DNA of 64,000 nucleotides, from positions 22,742,480-22,806,479 of the forward strand of contig NC_069003.1 in the NCBI RefSeq assembly GCF_001194135.2, in the 5' to 3' direction. The notes under the pieces were generated by a model. That model was given only the letters and a program-made list of their open reading frames with translations, was not told where the DNA came from and did no database searches. Origin of the DNA: Octopus bimaculoides (Eukaryota). Position numbers and translations under genes: made by a program. Shown piece by piece: positions 12,760 through 26,951 of this stretch (positions are counted from its first letter, which is position 1; each line of letters opens with the position of its first letter).

Positions 12760-14100
12760 ATTTGTATGATTACTTCAGCTTCACTTTCTTAACAACTACT
12801 TTTAGGGTAAACACTTGTTTGCTGAGGATGCTACTGAACACCATCTCCAAATGCAGGAGTTGATGTCTCTTTGGGCAGTGAAGCAACTCTGTAAGTGTTT
12901 TGGCCCCTTCCACCATGATGCCAGAGCTGCCTGGGGCTACCCAGTGATATAGGTGATAAAACTCCTGCATAACAGCATGGACTTTGTTGAGTTAAATGTT
13001 GTGACACTGGTCTTGATATTTCTATTATTTCTCAATGCTCATTCTTGTTGCACTGCTTCTGCTCTTTCTTGAGCCAGAAGTAATGGCTTACTTTCTCAGT
13101 GGCTTCTGACAATTATCTGGCAACATCTTTTGTCTCCTTCATAGCTCATCCAAGACTCCTCAGCATCAAGTGAACTCTGGTTCTAGAAATCCTCTAACAC
13201 CTATCTTTGCAGAAGGTATATTGCCTCCTGTTCACTGTTTTCACAGAGTTTAATCAACTCATTGTATTTTCTGTATTTCTTGAGGAAAACATCTTCAGTG
13301 TCCACTTCCCACATAACTGTTGGTTCTAACATTTTACTACCTTACTACCTTTACTATCATCTTCACCACCTTCATTGCACCTCGAAGTGGAGGCGCAATG
13401 TCCCAGTGGTTAGGGCAGCGGACTCGCGGACATAGGATCACGGTTTCAATTCTCAGACCGGGCGTTGTGAGTGTTTATTGAGCGAAAACACCTAAAGCTC
13501 CATGAGGCTCCGGCAGGGGATGGTGGCGAACCCTGCAGTACTCTTCCACCACAACTTTCTCTCCCTCTTACTTCCTGTTTCTGTTGTGCCTGTAATTCAA
13601 AGGGTCAGCCTTGTCACACTCTGTGTCACGCTGAATATCCCCGAGAACTACGTTAAGGGTACACGTGACTGTGGAGTGCTCAGCCACTTGCACGTTAATT
13701 TCATGAGCAAGCTGTTCCGTTGATCGGATCATCTGGAACCCTCGACGTCGTAAGCGACGGAGTGCCGACAACATCTACCTTCCTTTATTGCACTCTATAA
13801 CAAGGTCAGGGCTTTTGGTGGCAAAAATATGGGTAGTGATAGTTACCATCAAGGTCAACAGATAACTTTCAAGTTCCCTCCTATTTTGGATCGTTCTTCT
13901 TTCAGTGGCTGTTTTGCAGTGTTCACTATCCCTGTAAAATTTCATTTTTCCATGCTGCACTACTTGTGATTTTCCCCGTGTTAATTGACTTTACCCAGCT
14001 CTGTCTCTGCACTTGGTGGTTATGCTACCATGTCTCTATTTCATTGTAGTTCCTCTTCAGTAACGACTGCGGGGGGAATTCTTGGTTATCATTTCCCATG
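12760..14100 (-). mobile_element. Degraded RTE-type LINE interrupted by a SINE
   Basis: Minus-strand WVAPGSSGIMVE (KAPGxDGI-like) and TITTHIFATKSPD (APE C-terminal-like) remnants. Confidence 0.55.
13389..13773 (+). mobile_element. tRNA-derived SINE (~385 bp, OR-like octopus family), full length
   Basis: tRNA-like head ggaggcgcaatgtcccagtggttagggcagc..ggtttcaattctc (A/B boxes). Near-identical copies at 49823-50210 (-) and 55450-55761 (+). Confidence 0.9.
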
Positions 14101-15884
14101 AAAGGTTATGTTGTGATTTGTGTCAACTTGGCTTAATTATTTAATTCATCATCTTGGTTTGGGAGAACACTTTGATTAAACATTGACTTTGTTATGACTG
14201 ATAATAACCACTGAATGTTGTAAACTATTAGTTTTATTGTTACAGTATTTAACAACAAACAGGGAGAACTATTAAAATTGGTGTAGTAATATTAGTCTTC
14301 CTAGATTAGCTGGTGTTTAAATCTATTCAGAAGTTAGGCTATCTAATCTTTTAATATTTTCACGACTATATTCATGATGGAATATGCTACCTGTAAGTTT
14401 GATTAGTTTTTAAAAATAATTATTTTGAAAGGGCTTAGTAAAATAACTGAGTTTTCCATTATTAATCTGTTGTTTTTTTTAAAACTTAATTAAAAGATTA
14501 TTGCTTAAAATTATAATGAACATTTTAAACTGAAGTTTTGTTTGTATCATAGAACAAGAAATGGTTTTTGGTGGGTTGAAAGCTTTCTATTTAAAGGTAT
14601 AGCTCCAACATGGCCTTAATCATGATAGCTTAAACAAATAAAAGAACTTTGTTCATTTGAAATTATGTTATGAAATCTGTTGTTTTGATATCAGGTTTGA
14701 ATTCTGGCAGTAGTGCAATTATTTCAGTTAAGATTATAAATATATTGATTATTTTGATGGACAATTCAATAAAAAAAAAACAAAAACAAATTCCACTTTC
14801 CTGTGTCCAGTTCAACCAATGACAGATCTAAGATAATTTCTGTATGAAGTTTAACATCACTGTAAAAGATCTACAGTTTCATTTGGGCATGTTTATTCCA
14901 ACGTCATTTCTTTGAACACCGTCAATTGATTGAAGTTTTGAGTTGGAATGTTGATATTCATTATTGGTTTTGACAGCTGATTATGTTTCTTTGTTCGTGT
15001 TTCCTATTTCAAAGTGATTTCTGTGAAATAAATATCATTTGCTTTCTTCCTTACATTACATATAATCAGTTAGATAAATAGACGTGAAGCTGTATCAGAA
15101 AGATGCTTATTATTTTTCTATCACAACTTGGTATTCAGTCAGTTTCAAAACCATTTGGTAAAATAAAAACTTGTCTATTAAGAATTTGACCAACCTAAAG
15201 CATATGACAGGGTGTATTTTTTTTATATTTATTTATTTATTTTTGTTCTCTGAAAATAATGGCTTCTTTATGTTCTGGTCAGGGTGAGATTTTATTGGTA
15301 AAATATCCATATCAGTAAACAAACAAGTTCAATTCTGAAAGCTTTAATGAAATAATGTTTTGATAATTTTTCAGCTTATAAAATATATTGACAAATTCTG
15401 TGTGCTTATATAACTTTAAACAAAAGGTATATAAAAGAAATATTAAAAAAAGTACTTGATTACAGTGAATAATTTAATCAATGCCATCTAATGACACAAT
15501 TGTCAAATTCAATTTTGTCTTCCTCTTTGTCTTTTTATTTATGTGTATACTGTGGGGTTATATATATATATATATATATAATTTTCCAGAGGAAATGTTG
15601 ACATAGAGTGGTAAATAAATTGATCTTGGATATATCGAGTTTGAAGCTTCTACCTCTTTTAAATATACAAATTTAAAAGTTAAANNNNNNNNNNTATATA
15701 TATATATATATAATGTGGTAAGGTTTCAACAAGTAGAAAAGCACTTGATCAGCTCAGAGAGTAAAGATAATGGTTAATAAACAAACGGTCTTGTTCTTAG
15801 TTTGAAAAATGGCAAAATAAATTATTTTGCCCAGGAAATCCTGGGTAGCTGTATTTAACAAGATTTGTGGTTTTTATTATAAAA

Positions 15885-15921
<37 letters not shown>

Positions 15922-16238
15922 CACACGCACACACACACACATACACAGATAAATATATATGTAGATATCTATGTGTATGTATATATATGTAGATATGGTG
16001 GGTGAATATGTGCGTGTGGAGTATGTGTATATGTGTACATGTGTGTGTATATATACTGCTTATTTTAAGTCAAGTTATTTAGAAAAAGATGGCTAAACAG
16101 CTTAACATGACAATCTCTCCTATCTTACCATAAATATGTACAAAAAAAGAATTTTGTATTAACAACAAATGGTATATTTTTCTACTCACCAATCTTAACT
16201 ACAGTTATCTAAAAGTTCTCAACTGTGTACACGCGCGT

Positions 16239-16332
<94 letters not shown>

Positions 16333-16465
16333 ATATGCATAAAAGTGTGTGCAGCAAGTTTTGTGTATGTGAATGGGTGCAGTTGCATCTCTGTATATGA
16401 CTGTATGAGAATACACAGTCACCAGAATGTACAAATGTATAGCTGTGGGTAAGGATTTGTGTACA

Positions 16466-16509
<44 letters not shown>

Positions 16510-17434
16510 GATACATGTGTAAACATATCTTCATTTGTATGTATATATTTATGTACAATTATACTTATATGTGCATATGCATATGTACCTGAGTGTTTAT
16601 ATATATATATATATATATACATACGCATATATGAGTACAGGATGTCACCAACAGTAAACAGCATGAAATACGAAAACAAATGGAAAACAGAACAAGTAAC
16701 ACAAAGAATGACCCTTCATCAGTTATTAGCTGCCTATCTACTCCTCATTTCGAGCATTGAACAACAATATGTGTCTTCGAAGACAGTTGCTCCCATAAGT
16801 ACTAAAATAAAATATTTTCTTTGGGAAAAGAAAAAATAGAAGAGGGAAATTCACAGAAGTTGGGAGAACACGTTATTTAATATTTTATCACTTCACTTTT
16901 AAAGATGCTGAACAGCCATAAATTATTTTTCTCACAGAGTTATTTTTACTCACATGTAATTATCAAATCAATTTAAATGTTATTTTTACCCTCTTGCATA
17001 AATACATTTTGTAGTAACACACATATACGTCTTATATCTTCTATATTGCAATGTATAATTTAGTCTCATGTCTGTCGTTCTCTCAAACAGTGGTTATATT
17101 GTCCTGTAATCGTCCTTTTCTATTCTATGCAAGTAACCAATGTTCACTGTAATATTTAAACATTTTAACACATGTTCATTGTATACCAGATTGCTCAATC
17201 CATTTTCCTAATTGCCTAAAAAATCATCAGCAAGAAACTTGGAGTGATGATGTGTGTAGTTTCAGCTTCCAAAAAAATTGACATCACTCTATTTTCAGTA
17301 TTGAGCACTCCCTTTTCTTATTTGTGTTTACATACTTACATCTATAAATAAACACAACATAGAATTGATCTGTTCAAATCTTGTCATTCATGATTGCATC
17401 ATGCATTTAATTGCATTGCTCTATTTGTTTTTAA

Positions 17435-17654
17435 CCCTTTAGCATTTAAACTGGCCATATCTGGCCCATATATTCTACCTGTTTTTTGATCCAACTGGCC
17501 AGATCTGGCATCTCACACCTACCCTACAATATCATTCTAAAAATAAGCAATTACATCATTGAAATCTCAAAGCTACGAGATAAGGTATGATTAATTCAAA
17601 ATAACGTGAATAAATAAGCATTACACTTGATGAAGTAATCTGAATGCTAAAGGG
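17435..17654 (+). mobile_element. piggyBac-like MITE, family A
   Basis: TTAA|CCCTTTAGCATT ... AATGCTAAAGGG|TTAA. Confidence 0.85.
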
Positions 17655-17950
17655 TTAAGACAGCATAATTGTAATAACACACTTTTCTCCTAGATGATCA
17701 TTTATATAAGCAGTTATGTACTGTGTAGTTTCTTTCTATAATATCACACCCAGCAGCAGACTTAGAGAAAAAACAAAAAAAAACAAGAAAAAAAAAAGAC
17801 AATAATATCAAACATTTTAAGCAAGTGCTTTAAGCAACAGACTTCTTTGTTCTAGTTTGTCTCAGATTGAGGCCTTATAATGTTGGATGTCAAATTTTTT
17901 GAAAAATATAATTCTTTCAGAAAAGACCATTTTGAAATATATTTACTTTA

Positions 17951-18848
17951 TGAGGTGGTATCAAAAGGTTCCAAAATGAGTTAGGTTTAATAAAAAATAA
18001 CTTCTTTACCTCAGTTTTAATATCTTCTTTGATGTTGTCATCTTGCGCAGTAATACGTTGGTCCCAGTGTTCCTGCTATTTTTGGAATCCGGCCTGGAAG
18101 CCGTTTTTTGTAAGCAAGTTGAGGACCCTCTGCAATTTGCTCTTGATCTTGACAACAGTGTTAAAATGGTGATCTTTGAACTGCATTTTCATGTTGGGGA
18201 AGAGATGGAAGTTTGCATGTGTTAAATCTGGCAAACAGGAGGTGATACCATGTTGTTTTTGGCGATTAACTCATGAGTGAGATCTCGATGACAAGGTACA
18301 TTGTTGTCGGGAAGAATTCAATTCTTCGTGCTCTACAGATCCGGTTGCTTTTGCCAAATGTCCTCCCTCAAATGTTCCAAAACATTGTTGATTCTCTGAC
18401 AATCTTCATACACAAGCTGATGAATTTTCCCCACATTTGCAGGGGTGATGCTTGCGGCAGGTCTTCGAGATTGCTCATCGTCTTCCAGGGATGTTCTTTC
18501 ATTCTTGAAGCACCTGGCCACTCGAAACATTGCGTGTGACCCATTACCTCATCACAACAAGCTTGCCGAAGCATGCTCAATGTCTCTGTAGCAGACTTCC
18601 CAAGTTTAACTCAAAATTTCATGTTGACTCTTTGTTCCAACTTCCTGTCCATAACAAAAATCACATACTACAGCATACTCAAGATCACAAAAACACAAAT
18701 TTCACAACTTGCAAAGTAAGCACAGCAATATAATTCAGCACACTGCCTCATGAAGGTCACTGCTAGCTCTCACTGTGCACACAACCATGTGCTGCCACCT
18801 GTTGGCACACTACAGAACTAGTCCAGGAACTTTTTGATATCATCTTCT
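17951..18848 (-). mobile_element. Mariner transposon, internally deleted and non-coding
   Basis: TIRs tgaggtggtatcaaaaggttcc / ggaactttttgatatcatc, TA at left. Minus frames show FKNERTSLEDDEQSRRP (HTH region) and FHLFPNMKMQFK (C-terminus). Confidence 0.85.
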
Positions 18849-19109
18849 CAATGTTGAATCATTGACAGTGTTTTTTGTTCTTTAAATAGTGATTTGGACT
18901 CATGAAAAGTATTTTCATCTTCCTTCAGACATTTTTGTTACTACTCATTTCTTCTTTCCCATATACATAAATATTATGTATATCATATCCCAGAAGGTTT
19001 TAGGTAACATACTGGTTATATGCAATGTAGTTTGCTCTGCATCTTTGAATAGCTTCCTTTGTGCCCTCTCTTTATCATATTTGTATTTAATGAAGTAATA
19101 GCAATGATA

Positions 19110-19163
<54 letters not shown>

Positions 19164-19357
19164 TTAGGAAGGGCATCCAGCTGTAGAAACTCTGCCAAAT
19201 CCGATTGGAGCCTGGTGTAGGCATCTGGTTTCACCAGTCCTCAGCCAAATCGTCCAACCCATGCTAGCATGGAAAACAGATGTTAAATGACGATGATGAT
19301 GATGATGATATATATACATACATATAGGCAGAAAGAGATATAGATATATAAAAAAAC

Positions 19358-19703
19358 AAAACAGGAAGTTGTACAAATGTTTTCAGTATTATTTATTTAC
19401 CATTACGTATGTTTCATTTGCTAATAGCAATCACAAAGTTGTGCACATTGGAAAAACATGTCAGAAATTTGCTGTTAGAAATTCTTTAGACAGAGAATCA
19501 AATAATACTATAGTATTATAATTCTAGATTATTATTTGATTCTCTACCTGAAATATTTGGGGGTATTTCTAATAGGAAATGTCTTACATGTTTTTCCAAC
19601 ATGTACAAATTTGTGATTCTCTTTTAGCAAATGCAACATGTATAATGGTGAATATAATGGTGAATAAATAATACCAAAAAAGAAATTTCCAGCTTCCTGT
19701 TTT
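19358..19703. repeat. Imperfect 346-bp palindrome (foldback/MITE-like)
   Basis: Nested inverted matches: aaaacaggaag/cttcctgtttt, catttgctaa/ttagcaaatg, ttggaaaaacatgt/acatgtttttccaa, agagaatcaaataata/tattatttgattctct. Confidence 0.85.
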
Positions 19704-20055
19704 ATTACATAATTTCCAGAATTTTCAACTCTAATATGTGCCTCACATCAGTACAACAGTGACAGCAAATACATGCCTCAAGAGGTTACAGCTTGGATTT
19801 TACCCTATCAACATAAAATATGTATGTGTGTGTGTGTGTGTGTGTTGTATTTGTTTGTCATTAGACTGTGGCCATGCTGGGGCATTGCCTTGAAGAATTT
19901 TAGCCACATGATTTGACCCCAGTATTACTTTTTTTTTATTTAATCCTGGTACTTATTCTATTGGTCGCTTTTGTTGAACCACTAAGTTTTGGGGACATAG
20001 ACACATCAACACCAGTTGTCAAGTGGTTGTGGTTGGCAGGGCGGGGGGAACACTG

Positions 20056-20105
<50 letters not shown>

Positions 20106-20269
20106 GTATATACAATAAGGTTCTTACAGTTTCCATCTAAAAAAAAATCCTCTCACAAGGCTTTGGTTGGCCTGAAGTTATTGTAAAGAAACTTGCCCAA
20201 GGTGTCACATAGTGAGACAGAATCCAGAACCATGTGGTTGGGAAGTAAACTTCTTACTACACAGCTGTG

Positions 20270-20304
<35 letters not shown>

Positions 20305-20585
20305 ATTATTTAGTAACAGTTTGACTCAGTTCTATGTAACTTAGTTTCGTAGGCTTGTAGAGATTGAATAAGGCATGTCCAAAATGGCTTCTACATGTTG
20401 GGCCACTATTGGTTAATGCAGGTCACATGCTGTTGTTTAACATATTAGTGGCATCAAATCTTTATTCCTAGGACCACACGCTAGGACAGGATATTGGTCA
20501 ACAGCCCACAACCCTCTGTCTGGGAAGTAGGGTATGATCTATTAGTGACCTCAGTTTGCTGATGTGTGTGTTAGTGTACATGATA

Positions 20586-20807
20586 CAGTAATCTCTTACC
20601 ATGTCATGGTTCACCTATCGCAGTTTATTATTTAAGCTCATGCTGATTCTTCTGTGGTGGTGTTTTGCATTTATAGTAAAATAAATATATACAAATTATA
20701 GAAATAATTTTTAAAATATACAGTATGGTACTGTTCCTACTTTACAGAGCTTCACCTATCGCAGGGTTTTTTGGAATGTAACACCTGTGATAGTAGAGGG
20801 ATTACTG
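20586..20807. mobile_element. pogo/Tigger-like MITE
   Basis: TA|CAGTAATCTCT ... AGGGATTACTG|TA with repeated subterminal TTCACCTATCGCAG. Confidence 0.7.
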
Positions 20808-22989
20808 TATATGAGTATGTGTATCTGGTGCGTGTCTATATGTATCTGATGTACACATACATACAGCAGTTATACACACGTAAACTAGATACACATACAT
20901 GTACATACCAGGTACACACACACACCAGATACACATACACCATATACATGCACATGTCACCATACACACATATGCACATGCCTGATACACACACACACAT
21001 GCCAGATCTGGTTACCCCCTAAAATAGGCTGTTGCAACTGTGTGGCTTTGAATCCAATACACCAGCACTGTAGCACTTACACACACAGATACACATACAT
21101 ACACACTCAGACATACTCAATGGATATGCACATGTGCACACACACACACACACACACATACACCAGATATATATATGCTTACTCCACCAATCAGCAGTAT
21201 CTCTCAATAGTAAAATGAATGTGCACCACACACATGCCCACAGCATATGCACATGCACCAGATACACACACACACACACACACACCAACTAACTGGTGTA
21301 ATAGATCTTACCCTACTTCCTAGCTACTCAATAATATCCAGTCCTATCATGTGGTCCTAGGAATAAAGATTTGAATTGATGTCACTACCATATTAACCTT
21401 TAGCTCACTTTGGTGCATTATGTCACCTGTAGCTGCAGGCACATTGTGCTGCATTGAGAGGGGAGAAATCTCATGGGGGTGGGGATATGATACTCCTCTT
21501 GTGTGCTAAAGGTTAACAGCACTATGTGACATGAATTGACCAATAGCGACCTAACACCTAGAAACCATCTTTGACTTTTCTCATTTGGTCTCCACAAGCC
21601 TGACAGGATAGGTTCGTTTGATGAGCCTGCAAAACTTTAAGCTGCATGTAGCTGACTCAACTGTTAGTAAATAATATATGCAACACCCACCAAATGTGTT
21701 GAGCACCACTTTCTTTCATTTGTGTGAACTCACTTCTCTCTATATATATGTATATATATGTGTGAGTGTGTGTTTGTATATGTATATCATCATCATTGTT
21801 TAATATCTGCTTTCCACGCTGGCATGGGTTGGACAGTTTGACATGAGCTGGCCAGGCAGAAGTCTACACTTGACTTCTGTGTCTGTCTTGGCATGGTTTT
21901 TATGGTTGGAAACCCTTCTCAACACCAACCACCCCGCAGAGTGGACTGAGCGCCTTTTATGTGAGAGAGATGGACATAATATCATTTGTGTGTGTCTTTG
22001 TGAATTCCAGATATTAACTAAAAATTTGAAACAGGTAAAACAATTTTATAGAGTAAGTATCTTTAAAAAAATCTAATAAATCAAAGTTTACTAAGGAAAG
22101 CATAGCATAGTCATACAACATGAGTTAACTAGGGATCTTCTATGCATTTATTGAACTCTGCTAACAACTGCTTCTAAATTTCTCCAAGTAAATCCCTTCT
22201 CCCCTTAAAAATAAGACACATTGAACGATGAAATCATGGATATACAAAAGCATAATTGTTATCCTTTGAATACGTTTTTTTACTATAAATCTGCTTGACC
22301 ACTGCTGACTTAGAATTAAACAACTCAGTCATGGGTGGTAAATCCAACTATATGATGATTACTGAGTGGTATGACAAGCTTTGTATGTTTCATTTCCTGA
22401 TTCCAAACTGTTGGATAATTTTTTTTTTGTAGCTTTTTAAAAAATGTTCTTATTAAGTAAGACTTCAGTAAGAAATCTGATGTCCTTAATAGATTTTATA
22501 TTTTCATTTTCTTGATTAGTTATCCATCCGTCCACTGAAAAGTAACATGTTTCTTTCCTTTTGCAGTAGCTACACCATTACTGGTATTGCATTGTCAAAA
22601 TAACCATTAACCTTTCGTTGAATGTTGTACATTAACATTTCACATTTTCACAGAACTTGTGTTTTAACACTCTGACATAATCAGCAATTGCATGTAAAGG
22701 ACAGTTTCATCCTTTACATGTTTTGAACAATTTTTTCTGCATGTGATTGCATTACTGATTGTTTCAAAATACTTTCAGCTTCTTAGTATATTCTTACTTT
22801 TTACTTTTACTTTCATATTAATATTTCATGTTTTTAAATTATATAACTGCAAGTTAATATTAATCTTTTTAATTTGATGTCGTTGTGTGTATCATAAGCA
22901 GGTGTTGGTGTAATGGACATACTACACTAATGTTTCACTCCTGCTCATTTCTATTGATTCTCAGGCAGCGTTTATGTTTTTAATGCTGT

Positions 22990-23995
22990 TGACACCATTG
23001 GATTGAATGATACTGCCCAGGTGTCGAAACCATGATGATATTCATTTGGCAGCTGATGATGGGAATGTATATTTGATATGCTTGTTTGTGTGCTTGGTAT
23101 TTGTTAACCTGAAAAAAGGCCTTTGACAGAACCCCTTGCTCCCTCATCTGATGGTCAATGCAGAGGCTTGGGGTAGATGAATGGTTGGTGAAAGCCATCA
23201 ATCCATGTATAGGAATGCTGTCAGTAAGGTGAAAGTTGGCAATGAGTATAGCAATGCATTTAGTGTGCAAATAGTTCACCAAGGATCGGTTCTCAGCCCC
23301 TTCTTGTTTATCATAGTCCACCAGGCCATAACAGAGGAAGTTAAGACTGGCTGCCCATGGCGATGACCTTGTTGTTATAGCTGAATCTCTACTTGAATTA
23401 GACAAAAAATGTCAAGTGTGGAAGCAAAGGCTTTAAAGTCATTTGAGCAAAGACCAAAGTCCTAATAAGCAGGAAAGCATATGAATAACTAACCCATTCA
23501 GGGAGATGGCCCTGCTTGATACGTAGAAAGGATATATGTAGAAATCCCATAAGGTGTACCCAGTGCAAGCTCTGGGCACATAAGAAATGCAATAGAATCA
23601 CAGGAAAGGTAACACAGAAAGCAATCTTTGTGTGTGGCAGGTATGCAGGTGCGATAAACACTAAGAATGTATTGGAAGTAGATTTCCTCAAATGTCTGGT
23701 GGGGGGTGGGGGATCCTTAGAAGTAGTAGATAATTTCCATTGCTTAGGTGGCCAAATTAGAAGTTGAGGAAGTTGCTTTGAAAGCATAGTTCCTAGAATA
23801 TGAACCAGCTGAGCAAAATTCAAAGAGCCTTTTGTTGGGAACAAAGGTCCTCTTCTTCAGAGTGAAAGGAAGAAGCTATGACAGTTGTATATGGACAGCT
23901 ATGCTACATGGTAGTGAAACATGGGCTGTGAATGGAGAAGACATGTAAAGGCTTGAGAGAAACTAAACCAGCATGCTCTGTTGGACATTACACAT
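22990..23995 (+). pseudogene. RTE LINE reverse-transcriptase fragment
   Basis: FVNLKKAFDR, VHQGSVLSPFLFIIV, DDL, FHCLG, LHGSETWAV motifs across frameshifts. Confidence 0.9.
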
Positions 23996-24039
23996 CTGGC
24001 AGAGCATACTGGTTTCATTTCTTTCAAGCTTTGTCAGTG

Positions 24040-25700
24040 CAACTTTCATTCTTGCTGCCTTACCTTTTATTTGTAGATAATATTGGTTAACAAAGAAGTT
24101 GTAGTTGTTTTTTTAGTATTATTTGTAATCCTTTAAGTATAAATTCTTCTGGGAATCTTTCTTGAATTCCCTGTGGCTATTTGTCCATCCAGAATTCTGT
24201 TGCTTCTATTCCTAATTTGTGGGAGAATATTTGTGTTGAGACTGGTTATGTCAAAACTAATCAGGATTGTCCCTTTATCTACTCTTTCTGGAACATGGTT
24301 TAGGAAATTCATGTCATCTTTGATAAAACTAGAGATAATTTGCACAATGGTTTCAAAATTATGCTCAGTAAATTTTTTAATTGTTGGGATATAGGTGTTG
24401 GCCCTGCAACAATCCAATGTAATTTTAGGTAAGATGGTTTAGAAATTTTCTCACGTATTTGTGGGTCCTTTAACCTGTTATTGACTTCTTTAGATTTCTG
24501 AATTTTTGGTAGTCTGTAAAAGTTTCTTGTTTATCATTCTTGAATTTATCCATTTATTTACCAGTTTTATTCATTATTAGTTTATCTGCATTGGTTTCTA
24601 ACTTCTTGTAGAAATGTCAGACATTTAGTTGTTCTTGTCCATGATTACATGGAGGCGCATGGCCTAGTGGTTAGGGTGTCAGCACCATGATCATAAGATT
24701 GTGGTTTCGATTCCTGGACTGGGCGGCGCGTTGTGTTCTTGAGAAAAACACTTCATTTCACGTTGCTCCAGTCCACTCAGCTGGCAAAAATGAGTAACGC
24801 TGCGATGGACTGGTGTCCTGTCCAGCTGGGAACACATACGCCATTGAAACCGGGAAACTGGGCCCATGAGCCTGGCTAGGCTTTCAAAGTGCGCATTTAT
24901 TTTTTTATTTATTTGTCCATGATTACAGTATCTCCTCCTTTGTCAGCATCTTTAATAACTATTGAGGAATCTTTCTGTAGACATTCCAGTGCATTTTGTT
25001 CTTCATTCATCATGTTTGCTTTTATATAGCTTGTCAGAGTGTTTTGAATTTGCTGATCTTTTCAGACACATTATGTATTCCTCCAAGTGTTCATTGGAGG
25101 TTTAAATCCCATTTTCTTTTTCACAAATGATCGATTGCCATCATGTTTACTTTTGGAAGAATTCCCATAGGTGAAGTTCTCTGGAAAATTTCTCTGTATC
25201 TTTTACAAAATCTTTTCTGTCAGGTTTTGGCAGTAGTATAAATTTAAGTCCATATACCAGAAGTTTTATTTCATTTTCCATGAGGTTTCATTGAGATACG
25301 GTTATTACATTTGGATCACTTGGCTCAGTATTTCTTCGACCCTTTGTATCATTAGGATTTCCTTTCATTTCTGCTTGGAGCTCCAGTTCCTAAAGAAGGC
25401 TTCTTGTTCTGTCTTTCCATTATTCTGTTTTGTTGGAGGGAGGGTGTGCAGACATAATGTCACCTGCCTTGGTATGTTGGTATGTTTTCAATAAGTTTCT
25501 ATTGCTTTAATGGTCTATTTTGGTCTGTTCTTCCATTGTTTCGGCTATGTTGGTATGTTGGATTCTTCCTGGTATGTTTTCTTTGGTTTGGCAGTCTATT
25601 TTGGTCTCTTCTATTATTTGGAAGTATTTTGTGAATGTCAGGGTTTGTCTTGGGACAAATTATTGAATTTTTTCCTGTTTTTAATGTTTACATACAGAGA
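24040..25700 (-). mobile_element. Penelope-like element 5'/RT fragment
   Basis: SFIKDDMNFLNHVPERVDKGTILISFDITSLNTNI (PLE RT SFDVxxLYTNI motif) and a DKGG-like remnant; interrupted by a SINE. Confidence 0.75.
24651..24912 (+). mobile_element. tRNA-derived SINE (V/CORE-like central domain) with 15-bp TSD, nested in the PLE
   Basis: Head ggaggcgcatggcctagtggttaggg; TSD TTGTCCATGATTACA at 24635-24649 and 24913-24927. Older relatives near 44460-44640 (-) and 46770-46935 (+). Confidence 0.88.
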
Positions 25701-25774
25701 ATTATAGGTTTCCACCACATATATAAGTTTATATATATGTGTTTATATATATATGTAGACATATATGTATTTGT

Positions 25775-25856
<82 letters not shown>

Positions 25857-26764
25857 NNNNNNNNNNNNNNNNNNNNNNNNNNNNNNNNNNNNNNNNNNNN
25901 NNNNNNNNNNNNNNNNNNNNNNNNNNNATCATCATCGTTTAACGTCCGCTTTCCATGCTAGCATGGGTTGGACGATTTGACTGAGGACTGGTGCAACCGG
26001 ATGGCTACACCAGGTTCCAATCTAATTTGGCAGAGTTTCTACAGCTGGATGCCCTTCCTAACGCCAACCACTCATATACACACACACATCATCATCATTT
26101 AAAGTCCTCTTTCCATGCTGGCATGGGTTAGACAGTATGACTGGAACTGGTAAGCTGGAGAGCTGCACCAGGTTCCAGTCAGATTTAGTATGGTTTCTAC
26201 AGCTAACACTTTGTAAGGTGGTTGGTGTTACAAAGGGCATCCAGCCGTAAAATCCCTGCCAAGAAGCCTCGTGCAATCTTCTGCCTAGCTAGCCGCTGTC
26301 AAACCAGCATGAAAAACAGATGTTAAATGATGATTATCGCATGCACACACATATGTAACAATGGCCTTACCTCATAGTGCACCAAGACACATTCTTCTGC
26401 AAACTTGTAGAAGGCTTCAGAATTAGTTTTTATTTTCCCCACCATGCTGGTTTCTCTTTCTGTGCTTTCTCTTTCATGGGAGAGTCTATCTTCAGTCTCT
26501 AAAGAGTGCCTTTTTGAGGTAGCATTTCTCACTGTCATTAAGTTGTTTATTTAAATGATTAGAGATCTTTATTATATGTCTCATAACAACTCTCCTGCTG
26601 ATGACGTTGTTCTTGTAGCAGAATCTGTGGTGGAACTGGAGATGAAATCCCAGGCATGGAAGCAAAACCTGGAATCAAAGGACCTTAAAGTTAATCTGAC
26701 GAAGGCCAAAGTTGTTGTTACATATATACATGTACACCCAAATTACACACACCCATATACACAC

Positions 26765-26811
<47 letters not shown>

Positions 26812-26951
26812 ACATATATAATATATACAAATGCATTTCATCATTTAATGTCTGTTGTCCATGTTGATTTGACATGGTTTCTATGGCAGGATCCCCTTCC
26901 TAACGCCAGTTACTTTATATAGATAGTGTACATTATAAGTGTAGATATGGT

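Noticed and set aside
13389-13460. tRNA-like sequences (also 24651, 47186, 50140-50208)
   Set aside because: These are SINE heads continuing into SINE bodies; no complete cloverleaf, so no tRNA gene is called.
16219-16839. ORFs with (YI)n, (TH)n, (CV)n runs here and at about 20.8k, 25.7k, 30.5k, 43.2k, 48.7k, 50.9k, 63.2k
   Set aside because: Translations of (AT)n/(AC)n/(GT)n microsatellites; no coding signal.
22507-22523. ttccttttgcag|TAGCTACACCATTACTG|gtattg mini-exon (similar 16-nt case at 11761-11776)
   Set aside because: Not frame-preserving, weak donor, no homology.
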